Shown here one piece after another: positions 38,718 to 47,679 of a stretch of 64,000 nt of DNA. The position numbers were made by a program, and so were the translations under genes. Source of the DNA: a virus (Duplodnaviria; Caudoviricetes); IMG/VR virus record IMGVR_UViG_3300011260_000073, positions 1,749 to 65,748 of that record, one strand, 5' to 3'. Below the pieces are notes generated by a model, which worked only from the letters and a program-made list of their open reading frames with translations, was not told the origin of the DNA and did not search any database. How positions within the stretch are numbered: position 1 is the stretch's first letter; every line of letters begins with the position of its first letter.

Positions 38718-40043
38718 ATGAGCATGAGCTGGGAATTAGACTTACTTAAAACCCTACAAGCATTAGATGTAGGTAGGGGTTTTCAGTTACAAGAAGGCGT
38801 AATACGCAACAAATGCTTTATCCACGTTGCGTGGGAAGACCTAGCTATATATGTAGAAAGATACATGGAAAAAAGCCTGTTCGAAAAAGCCAGATATGTA
38901 ACTAAATATACTGGCCACTATACTTTCGAACTAAGAAACTTTGCTCCTAACTGGGATAACCAAAGAACTTTGTTCGCAAAACCTAAAGGTGCTGGCCAAG
39001 GGCTATCCATAGAACCATTCGAAGGCTTCAAAGAAACCCCAATAAAGGAAATTGGTATGTTCGAAGAAAACAGCGAAGGTCAATGTTGGGAGAAGCAGTT
39101 ATCAGATAGCTTAGTAGCTGACCTCCAAAGCGGTATGCACAGAAAGTATCCAGTCTCTTCAGAAACAAATACTGAGTACGTAACAATCTTAAGAGTGCAT
39201 GAACAAGATGTAGAAAAATACATTAATTCATGTATGACCATGAGTGAACGAAAAGTATTATTTAAGGTAACAAGAAATACTGATATTTTCACTTTCTACT
39301 TCAACAAAAACTCAGGAAGACTAAGAAGCGAGTATTATTATAATACCGAAGATAACAATGAACAAGCAACACAGAAACCTGATTATTGGGATGAACCAGA
39401 ACCGGAGGAAACGCCAATGCCTGTAGAAACGTGGGAAAACGAATTACTATTGCTACTCAACAATATGGCGAGAGGCAATGTAACATTCAATGCCGTCCGT
39501 ACAAGTACAAGTACAGCGACAGTAATAGTTCGTAACGAAGACGTATCAAAATATGTCAGAGCCTGCATGACAAGCTCTGAACGTACAAAGCTGAAAAAAG
39601 TCACACGCTACGAGAATTGCTACAAATTCTTCTTCAACCTATCAACAGGTTATAATGACTACTACTACATGCGCGATTGTAACAGCGACCGCATGCGAGA
39701 AATACCTTCCAGTTGGGACGAACTCGTCCTGCAAGGGACAAAAGAAACACCGACACCACTTGATTCACCAACTGAAACACCAACCGAGGAACCTCCAATG
39801 TCACAGTTCTACAAAGCAGAAACAATCCACTACATCAATGGCCGCGATGCCCGCAACCTGGATGAAAACGAGCTCTATGATGCCATTCTGGCTCAAGAAA
39901 ACGCAATCAACAAGTTCGATAACCTGAGTCGTAAGCCACCTACCATCAAAAAGCGTATCAACGTAATGCGCGGTGAGCTCACCGACCTCATGGCACATCT
40001 GGAAGCTGAAAACGAAAAAGAAAAAACTCCCGACAAGGGATAA
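38718..40043 (+). CDS. hypothetical protein with three internal ~100-aa repeats and a C-terminal helical domain
   Basis: Repeats WE..L...V..ED(V/L)..Y...M...E.....VT(R/K)....F. Confidence 0.7.
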   Translation: MSMSWELDLLKTLQALDVGRGFQLQEGVIRNKCFIHVAWEDLAIYVERYMEKSLFEKARYVTKYTGHYTFELRNFAPNWDNQRTLFAKPKGAGQGLSIEPFEGFKETPIKEIGMFEENSEGQCWEKQLSDSLVADLQSGMHRKYPVSSETNTEYVTILRVHEQDVEKYINSCMTMSERKVLFKVTRNTDIFTFYFNKNSGRLRSEYYYNTEDNNEQATQKPDYWDEPEPEETPMPVETWENELLLLLNNMARGNVTFNAVRTSTSTATVIVRNEDVSKYVRACMTSSERTKLKKVTRYENCYKFFFNLSTGYNDYYYMRDCNSDRMREIPSSWDELVLQGTKETPTPLDSPTETPTEEPPMSQFYKAETIHYINGRDARNLDENELYDAILAQENAINKFDNLSRKPPTIKKRINVMRGELTDLMAHLEAENEKEKTPDKG

Positions 40044-40192
40044 GCTGGAAGCCCCGCTAATCCCGAGGGCTAAGACTGAAAAAATATCGGGAAAATGAAC
40101 GACGTCGCTACCAGCAACGCAATTATAAGTTCGGCGGTAAACTGTAACTTACTATGGGGTGGGATGCCCCCCCGAATTTAGAGGAACTCAGT

Positions 40193-40462
40193 ATGAAAAT
40201 CCGTAAAACAAAACCGCAACTACCTACACCACCAACCTACCCGCTTGTAGTCAGCGGCGATACTGTGCAACTTCTACCTCCAAAAGGGACTACCATATTA
40301 ACTGTAGCTGACAGTGAGTACTGGTATGTCATCAGAATAAATGGTGACCTAAGACTAACCAACTTATACAACGGCCTTATGTGGACAGTTGACTCTTTAT
40401 GGGGCACTGCACCACCTGAGCGTTGGAAAAAAGTAAACGCACACGTAGTAATCGAACAATAA
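40193..40462 (+). CDS. hypothetical protein
   Basis: GAGGA SD before ATG 40193. Confidence 0.55.
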   Translation: MKIRKTKPQLPTPPTYPLVVSGDTVQLLPPKGTTILTVADSEYWYVIRINGDLRLTNLYNGLMWTVDSLWGTAPPERWKKVNAHVVIEQ

Positions 40463-40610
40463 GGCAATCTAAACATCTTTTGGTGTTTATAATACAGCTC
40501 CTACCCCAGAGGGAGTTTGCCGAATATTCTGGGGAACAACAAAGGCCAGTGGCTGGCCTATGGTAGCCCTGCTACCATAAAGCTCCCCCCCTAAGCAGCC
40601 TCACAATTAC

Positions 40611-40703
40611 GGGTAAGAGGCAGATATTGGCTTTAGCTGCAGCAGACTGTAAATCTGTATTCGGCTTGACCGGGTGTTGGTTCGATTCCAACCTTACCCA
40701 CCA
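40611..40703 (+). tRNA. tRNA-Tyr (GTA)
   Basis: Acceptor GGGTAAG/CTTACCC+ACCA; D stem GCAG/CTGC; anticodon arm GCAGA-CTGTAAA-TCTGT; long variable arm; T arm GTTGG-TTCGATT-CCAAC. Confidence 0.9.
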
Positions 40704-40709
40704 TACAAC

Positions 40710-40827
40710 GGACGAGTGGCGGAATCGGTATACGCGCCGGCCAAGGCTGGTTTGGTAGACTTCGAAACCCTAGGTAAAGTAGAAGTCGTTAAATCCTTTG
40801 CGGGTTCGAATCCTGCCTCGTCCACCA
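40710..40827 (+). ncRNA. non-canonical tRNA-like RNA (Leu-type D arm, collapsed anticodon loop, ~49-nt extra arm)
   Basis: Acceptor GGACGAG/CTCGTCC+ACCA; GCGGAATCGGTATACGC D arm; T arm GCGGG-TTCGAAT-CCTGC; 118 nt. Confidence 0.75.
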
Positions 40828-41109
40828 TACAGGCTCAAAACGGATGGTTGAGAATGACACTCACCATAAACCCCTAGCTTAATAGGGCACCACCCGCTAT
40901 AGATTAAGCGCCTTCCAAACATGTCCTTACTGGCGTGTATCTAGTACAGGTAATACCAATAAGCCGGGCGGTTTTCTGGTTGTTTCCTCCCATCCCAGCG
41001 GGAGTCCGGCGACGAGTCTGGGTTCTGTACTACCTTAAGTAAACGATGTAAGGCTGGCTTTCCTCACTTCACGATACGGGAAAGCCGGCCAAGCATTTAC
41101 GGAAAAGTA

Positions 41110-41427
41110 ATGATAACTAAAACTCAACGTTACTTACTAAGTAAACTACCAACCAAAATACAAAATAAAATTACTATTATAACTAATGGTTGCTGGCTAT
41201 GGTCAGGCGAGCTTAATAGAAACGGATATGGTCGCTGCTGATATAACGGCAAGCGCCATATGGCACATCGCTTAACATACACATTATTAAAAAGCTGTAT
41301 AGGCGAAGGCTTATTACTCGACCATAACTGTCGTACCCGTAATTGTTGTAACCCAACACATGCTAGTCCAGTAACACACCAACATAATACTCACCGAGGC
41401 AAAGCGAGGCTATTCAAAAATGCTTAA
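41110..41427 (+). pseudogene. HNH homing endonuclease with in-frame TGA
   Basis: GCWLWSG..N.NGYGRC*YNGK..MAHRLTY...LLDHNCRTRNCCNPTH..PVT..HN..RG; TGA at 41239-41241. Confidence 0.8.
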
Positions 41428-41635
41428 TACAATACCCTGTCCCTTCTGCGGCGAAACTGAACATCTAAGAATAGATGATGCTTCTGAAAAAGACAGTTGC
41501 TGTACTGGTCTTGGTGTAATCTGCGACGCTACCAAAGGCGGCTGTGGTGCCACAGGCGGCTATGCGCCAACCAAAGAAGAAGCTGTTACTAAATGGGAAA
41601 AAAGGAAGAAAAATGAAACTTATTTACACTCGTAG
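41420..41635 (+). CDS. Lar-like restriction alleviation zinc-finger protein
   Basis: PCPFCG...VIC....GCGA.G.....EEAV..W. Confidence 0.7.
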   Translation: MLNTIPCPFCGETEHLRIDDASEKDSCCTGLGVICDATKGGCGATGGYAPTKEEAVTKWEKRKKNETYLHS

Positions 41636-41951
41636 AGGCAAAACCCTCACCAACATCAATACCGGTAAAGAGCAGGTATTCAAATTCATCAATGAAGCTA
41701 AACGTGAAAGCCGCGCCATTCAACAAGCCAATGGCGGTCTTGGACGCGGAGCTATAAAAATACAATGACTCTAACTAGAGCTCAACGAGAAGCAGTATGC
41801 ACACTGTACTACAGAAATAACAACGGTTGCACAACCTACAAAGCTTTTCGTAAGCAAGTACAATTAGGCTATGACTGCATAATGATACGTTGGTGTAGCA
41901 TGTGGGTTGGTATAGAAGCTGACGGATATACACACACTTAAAGGAACCATC

Positions 41952-42155
41952 ATGATTGTAACAATGCTTGATGGAAGACGGTTTGAGAACCGCCACCCTT
42001 ATCATTTCTGTACAGGCTATAAAGCAGCATCTATTGAAATGCAACGTGGTGATTTCGAGTCCCTTCGCAAATTAGCTTACGAAGACCCAGTAAATTTTAA
42101 TGCCGTAATGCTACAATTAAATAACAGATTCCAAACTAAAAAATCAGGAGAATAG
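41952..42155 (+). CDS. hypothetical protein
   Basis: AAGGA SD; 67 aa. Confidence 0.5.
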   Translation: MIVTMLDGRRFENRHPYHFCTGYKAASIEMQRGDFESLRKLAYEDPVNFNAVMLQLNNRFQTKKSGE

Positions 42156-42157
42156 TC

Positions 42158-42433
42158 ATGATATTAGCAGGCTTACTCACCGTGCTTGCCATAGTAGCTG
42201 TATTCTTCAAACTCAGCCCTGACACCAAGCAGAAGCTGCTGGGATATGACATTGCACTGGATATCCTGGTCACGGGATTCCTTGCCTGGCTATTGGCCGG
42301 CACCTACTCAGGCATGATGGCCGCTATTGTAGGCGGGCTGGCGTTCAGTATTACATTAATTATCTCAAAGTTTTTTATGGGATATCAACGATTTAACTGG
42401 CGGCAACGTGAATGGATAACTCCTACCTGCTAG
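42158..42433 (+). CDS. small membrane protein
   Basis: AGGAG SD; LLGYDIALD, GTYSGMMAAIVGGL; three hydrophobic segments. Confidence 0.65.
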   Translation: MILAGLLTVLAIVAVFFKLSPDTKQKLLGYDIALDILVTGFLAWLLAGTYSGMMAAIVGGLAFSITLIISKFFMGYQRFNWRQREWITPTC

Positions 42434-42459
42434 ACAGCCCAATAAATCCGGCGTATCCT
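42431..42459 (+). promoter_or_regulatory. sigma70-like promoter for primase-helicase
   Basis: TAGACA-17-TATCCT. Confidence 0.45.
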
Positions 42460-42501
42460 AATCGGCCGAACTAAAACCAAAAACATGGAGACCGTCTCGA
42501 T

Positions 42502-44868
42502 ATGCGCATCACGTTCCTTAGTGCTGGCAACACGCCACTGACAAAAAAATTCGAACGTGGGGCGCAAAAACAGCTAATCAAGCATAACTATCCGCACGTT
42601 CGTAACTTCTCATCCGAAACCTATGAAATAAAAGACCTCAAGAATTTCACTCTTCTGCTACAGTCAGAAGCTAATGCAAACCACTGTCTGCTTAAAGGTG
42701 AAATCCAGCGCGAACTCATTAACGAATCCCGTGCAGGAAGCACAACCAGTGGAGTATCAACTGAATGGTTATGCCTCGATATCGATGGCCTCCCCGGCGT
42801 AACTACTGTAGCTGAATTCTTGTGGCTTATGCCTAAAGAGTTCCGTGGGGTGCAACACGTTATTCAATACTCAGCAAGTATGGGCGTTGACCCTAAGAAA
42901 GGACTCAGCGCACACATATTCTTCCAACTGGATAAACCATATTTTCCAGCGGAACTAAAAGAATGGCTGGTATACCTTAACCACACTGTCCCAATCCTTG
43001 AGTCTAATCTAAACCTCGCACGTAGTAACTGCGTCCTAAAATGGCCACTTGATATATCAGTGGTACAAAACGACAAGCTCATCTACATCGCACCACCAGT
43101 ACTTGGTAAAGGCGTTGTAGATAAACTACGAGGCAAGCGCATAGCGTTTGTCGCTGGCAAAGCCAAACTCAAACCAAGCATGGCCGGAGCATTACCAGAT
43201 GCCAACGCAAAGAAAACTAAAGCAAAAATCAATGCTTTACGAGACAAGCTCGACCTTCCTAAGCGAACTCGTGTGGACGACAAAATGGTCCAAGGTATTA
43301 TGGTGGCATGCGCACCGGGAACTGCTCGCGTTACTCAGCGACGCGAAGCTGACGACTTCATCTACCTCAACATCAATGGTGGCGACTCATTTGGCTACTA
43401 CCACCCAAAGAATAACTTCGAATTTCTATATAACTTCAAAGGTGAACCGAATTATAGGATTAAAGAGTTCTTACCTGATTACTATGCAAGCCTTGCGGTT
43501 ACCCCCAAAGTTATCACCCCCGGCATCGAGTACCTTGCTTTTCTTGACCCTAAAGAAGACCAGTATTATCGAGGAACTTATGAAGCCGCCTCAGGCTTTT
43601 ATGACATACATCGAGCAGGCAATGTCACAAAGGTTCAAAGTTTCCTCGGTCAACATGGGCAACCGGTACCCGAAAACATACCTGAATGGGAAGTTGCTTT
43701 CGAGTTTGACAACCCCACCGTAGTAGACAGCAAGCAACAGTTCCTTAATAAATATGCGCCATCCGAACATATGAGCGCTGATAACCTTAAAAGAAAAGTC
43801 ACTACTATCCCACCAACCATTAAGAAAGTAATCTTACATGCGCTTGGCAATGATAAAGACAGCTATGATTATTTCCTTAACTGGCTTGCTGCAATCATTC
43901 AACATCGAACAAAGACTGGCACCGCCTGGATTCTCCATGGTACTCAAGGAACCGGTAAAGGACTTTTGTTTCACAACATTCTCACGCCCCTTGTTGGACG
44001 TGACTATGCCTCGAGCACCGGACTCTACGCCTTTGAAAAAGAATTCAATGGCTTCATGGAACAAAGTGTCTTCCTACTTATCGACGAGGCCGAGATATCC
44101 TCCTTGCGTAATCAGGAAGAAGTCATGGCGAAACTTAAGTCCTCTATAACAGAGAACGAGATACCTATTCGCAAAATGCGTACTGATTATTACAATGCCC
44201 GCAACTACACAAACATAATTATCGCTTCAAACAAACATGATGCAGCACAAATTGACGACAATGACCGTCGCTTTAATGTAGCGCGTCGTCAAGAAAAGAG
44301 TTTAAAAATAACTGACAGAGAACTAGATAAAATAAAAGCAGAACTACCTAACTTCGCATCTTACCTACAACACTGTAAATGCAATGTTGCACAGGCTCGC
44401 AAGCCGCTAATCAATAAAGACCGCGAGATGATGCAAAAGATTACACGAGATTCCAACGAGGCTATTGCTGATGCGGTACATAAAGCTGACTTTGACTTCT
44501 TTTTTGATTTCAGACCTACCGAGGAAGACCCAGCTACCCTGGCACTATTATCGGGAAGTAGTAGCATGCCTAGTTATGACGAAGCTATGCTCCAACTCTT
44601 CATTCACAACCGCCTTACTCGAGATGCACTTAGAACCTTGTTCTATTACATTAACGCAGTCTCTTTCAAGACAGCACATAAAGCAACAAAATTCTTGGCG
44701 CATAAAGAACTACCAACAACACGTATCCGCGTTGATGGCAGGATACAACACGGATATGCGCGTGAAGAGAACATTAACCCGCTCTCGTACACCAAGGACG
44801 CGCAAGCATGGCTGAACAAATTAATGTCCCAGAGCAAAGACAAACCGAAGCTGAGAAGCGTCAAATAA
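42502..44868 (+). CDS. primase-helicase (N-terminal prim-pol-like, C-terminal SF3/DUF5906 helicase)
   Basis: WLCLDIDG and SAHIFF primase motifs; Walker A GTQGTGKG; LLIDEA; IIASN..DDNDRRF. Confidence 0.88.
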   Translation: MRITFLSAGNTPLTKKFERGAQKQLIKHNYPHVRNFSSETYEIKDLKNFTLLLQSEANANHCLLKGEIQRELINESRAGSTTSGVSTEWLCLDIDGLPGVTTVAEFLWLMPKEFRGVQHVIQYSASMGVDPKKGLSAHIFFQLDKPYFPAELKEWLVYLNHTVPILESNLNLARSNCVLKWPLDISVVQNDKLIYIAPPVLGKGVVDKLRGKRIAFVAGKAKLKPSMAGALPDANAKKTKAKINALRDKLDLPKRTRVDDKMVQGIMVACAPGTARVTQRREADDFIYLNINGGDSFGYYHPKNNFEFLYNFKGEPNYRIKEFLPDYYASLAVTPKVITPGIEYLAFLDPKEDQYYRGTYEAASGFYDIHRAGNVTKVQSFLGQHGQPVPENIPEWEVAFEFDNPTVVDSKQQFLNKYAPSEHMSADNLKRKVTTIPPTIKKVILHALGNDKDSYDYFLNWLAAIIQHRTKTGTAWILHGTQGTGKGLLFHNILTPLVGRDYASSTGLYAFEKEFNGFMEQSVFLLIDEAEISSLRNQEEVMAKLKSSITENEIPIRKMRTDYYNARNYTNIIIASNKHDAAQIDDNDRRFNVARRQEKSLKITDRELDKIKAELPNFASYLQHCKCNVAQARKPLINKDREMMQKITRDSNEAIADAVHKADFDFFFDFRPTEEDPATLALLSGSSSMPSYDEAMLQLFIHNRLTRDALRTLFYYINAVSFKTAHKATKFLAHKELPTTRIRVDGRIQHGYAREENINPLSYTKDAQAWLNKLMSQSKDKPKLRSVK

Positions 44869-45847
44869 ATGCAATACTGGTTGCAGCTAAACTACAAGGA
44901 TTTATTTTTCCGAATATTCATTATTTAGGATTATACAAAGGGTATTTATTAATAGGCGTAAAGAAAAAGAACTACTACTATATTTATAAAGACGGAAAGT
45001 CTGATGCTCGAAAAATGCCTTCTACAATATCAGACCCTATAGATGTATTAAAAAGAGCTGTAGATAACGATGCGTTTATTTGGGATAAAACGCAAGCAGT
45101 TCCACAATGACTCCACAAATAAATGCTACTTTAGTTTCAGCCGCGCTACAGGATATTGTATTCCCAGATATATTTCATGCAGAAATATACAAAGGATATT
45201 TAATAGTCGGCTGCATTAAAGACCACTATTATATTTACAAGAATGGAAAAACTGATAAACGCCGTTGGCGGCATTCAAATAACGACTCTCTTAGTATTTT
45301 ACGTAATCTTATAGACGTAGATATTGTTCGCTGGGACCCTTATTATTCACCACCACTATGACACCTTACTTACATCCACGCGACTTACTGCTTATCAAGC
45401 TTAACCTATCTGGGATGCTCGATAGCCCTGTAGACAAAAGCAAAGGCTTTAGCGAAGGCACCGGCTTTTTATTATTTGCTACTCAAAATAAATGGTATAA
45501 ATATAGTAAGAATCTCGATAAAGTAGCTACTTGGAGAATAGCTACTTTTAAAGACCTCGATGGATTTTACCTACATGTTATGTGACCTACCAAAAGCAAT
45601 TATAACCAAACTAGCTATCAAGAAGCTGCAGGGGGATAAATTTAAAGGCATAATCCACACCAGTAAATATGAGGAGTACTGGTTTATCATAACTGAAGGC
45701 ATTGGAAAGAACTTTATCTCTGATGGTACCAATCTTGATTATAGGTACCCCCCACTTCATAATAGTAAACACTCTATAGAACCTCAAATAAAAGCACTAG
45801 AAGACGTAGTTAATAACCACAAAATAATATGGGATGACCCGACATGA
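44808..45847 (+). CDS. tandem array of four AT-rich small genes, at least two clearly paralogous (44808-45110, 45107-45361, 45358-45585, 45560-45847)
   Basis: QINAILVAAKLQGFIFPNI..YKGYLLIG vs QINATLVSAALQDIVFPDI..YKGYLIVG; overlapping starts and stops. Confidence 0.65.
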
Positions 45848-46015
45848 TTTACTTTTTATGGTTTGCGCTTTATATTCTCATCGGTACTGAAATACTTATC
45901 TGCTTAGACAGATATGAACCCCCTGAGTATAAATCACTAATATTCGAATTAATCATATTCATTATAGCCTGGCTCCCGCTTCTGATTGTATTCATAGCTC
46001 TTGAGGCGAAACGAC

Positions 46016-46384
46016 ATGTCCAAAAGAGAAGTTAATTGCGATTATTGCGGCAAACCAGCTATTCTTATAGACAGTAAAGAAATCTACGGTAAAAGCTACG
46101 GCATGGTATGGAGCTGCAAACCTTGCGGTGCTCATGTGGGAACACATAAAAACAGCGAAGATTATAAGCCACTAGGGCGCTTAGCTAATAGCCACCTACG
46201 CCGTTTAAAAAGCGCCGCACATAAAGCCTTCGACCTATTATGGAAATATGGTGAGCTATCTCGTACAGAAGCTTATGACTGGCTAGCTACTAAATTAAAC
46301 ATACCACTAAAGGAATGCCATATAGGTATGTTCGGACCAAAAGAATGCAAACAAGTGGTAATCCTTTGTGAAAAATTCACGTAA
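46016..46384 (+). CDS. zinc-finger protein (DUF3268-like)
   Basis: CDYCG..IYG..C.PC.AHVGTH..PLGRLAN..AH.AFD.LW..R..AY.WLA..CHIGMF. Confidence 0.8.
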   Translation: MSKREVNCDYCGKPAILIDSKEIYGKSYGMVWSCKPCGAHVGTHKNSEDYKPLGRLANSHLRRLKSAAHKAFDLLWKYGELSRTEAYDWLATKLNIPLKECHIGMFGPKECKQVVILCEKFT

Positions 46385-46547
46385 CAGAAACTGTCCTTGC
46401 GGCAGCAACCGTAAATATAAGCGCTGCTGCGAACCGAAAGAGAAAGAAGCTGCTAAGCGAACACGCATGAAGCTGATTGGTAAGAAAGTAAGAAGCGCCA
46501 TATGGCAAAGATTTTGGACTAAAATATTTGGAATATTTACTCGATGA
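46368..46547 (+). CDS. SEC-C motif mini-protein (59 aa, below track cutoff)
   Basis: GTG start; SRNRNCPCGSNRKYKRCC matches the SEC-C pattern. Confidence 0.7.
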   Translation: MKNSRNRNCPCGSNRKYKRCCEPKEKEAAKRTRMKLIGKKVRSAIWQRFWTKIFGIFTR

Positions 46548-46693
46548 CAGAAATATTCAGTAATGTAATTATTCCCTTTGCAATACTCGACTTACTTGCC
46601 TTCAACGTCACTGCTTTAATATGGCTATATACGGATATAAGGAAACATAAAGCTAAAGCTGTTTATAAAAAATTAATAACTGGAGTTTGAACT

Positions 46694-47670
46694 ATGCACC
46701 CAGCCAAATTTATATTAATCCTGTGTGCTATGCTCATAAGCTCTGTTCTTATAGACCGTGGCATGCAATATATAGCTCTTGACTGGGGGAAGTACCGCCC
46801 TAATAAAACTACAGAATGCGCTGCTTTTTATTATGACCATGTGTACACAATTAAGCGCTACCTGATTAAGGAGGAAGGATGAGTGACCCTAAATACGAAG
46901 CCGGACGTAATAATGAAGGGTTTGATTGCGTTATTGGGAAAGGTAATGGGCTTGGTTACTATGCCCATACACTAAACGAAGGCTTAACTTGTCGTGACAA
47001 AGAAGAATCCACACGAGCTGCTAAAATAGCAAACATAGCTTACGCTACTGGGTATGAACAAGCACAGTATGATATTCGAAAGTCTATGGGACTTGATAAG
47101 TAGTGCCCTACCCCGACGGCACTCCCGGCTGGTTCACCCGTGACGATGAAAGAGATAAATGCTTTGGATGGCTGAAGAATGGAGTATGTTTATTGCTCAG
47201 ATTCAGCGACCCTAAGCTCACGCACTACTCAGGAAAATTTACTCACTTTGAGCCATTGCTTGAACCAATACTGCCTTACAAGGAAAACTAATGAGTGCAA
47301 CTAATGATTTATATGATGAGTTAGAGGCTAAGTATTTTACAGTAAAACAACAGCTAACCGAAACCAAACAAGCTTTAGCCGCTCTAGTCGAAGCTAAAGA
47401 CCATAAAGATTTATATGGCAAAACTACTATATATCTAACAATGAAAGACCAAGCTTGGGAAAAAGCAAGAAAGCTACTTAGTAAATGAAAGCCCCACAAC
47501 TCCCTACCTACGAACAAGCCCTTGCATGGGTTGAAGAAGAATATCGTAAATCCCTCAGTACTAACCGCACATCCAAAGAGTTACTTGTTGCCCAAGCACT
47601 TATAGTAAAAATACACGAGCTACAAACCAAGCTGCAAAAGCCAGTTGACAGCATAATTGAAGTCAAGTAA
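46694..47670 (+). CDS. five coupled small hypothetical genes (46694-46882, 46879-47103, 47103-47291, 47291-47488, 47485-47670)
   Basis: Consecutive overlapping start/stop codons. Confidence 0.55.
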
Positions 47671-47673
47671 GGT
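47645..47673 (+). promoter_or_regulatory. sigma70-like promoter
   Basis: TTGACA-17-TAAGGT just upstream of ATG 47680; inverted TTGAC...GTCAA overlaps it. Confidence 0.5.
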
Positions 47674-47679
47674 CGAACA

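Noticed and set aside
40764-40781. Amber suppressor anticodon (CTA) in the tRNA-like insert
   Set aside because: CTA sits in a 3-nt loop far from the anticodon position, and TAG is used as a normal stop in several genes
40674-40877. 67-aa ORF from the track
   Set aside because: Overlaps both tRNA genes; no SD
40942-41032. Twister ribozyme (stem-TAA-TAC...GCCGG/CCGGC)
   Set aside because: Conserved L4 and 3' GAGGG-type residues and the P2 partner are not identifiable
40044-41427. Group I intron carrying the HNH gene
   Set aside because: No P7 R/S core sequences and no interrupted host gene found
30402-42498. CATGGAGACCGYCTC at about 30402 and 42484
   Set aside because: Opposite orientation relative to their genes and explained by SD/start sequences; two copies may be chance
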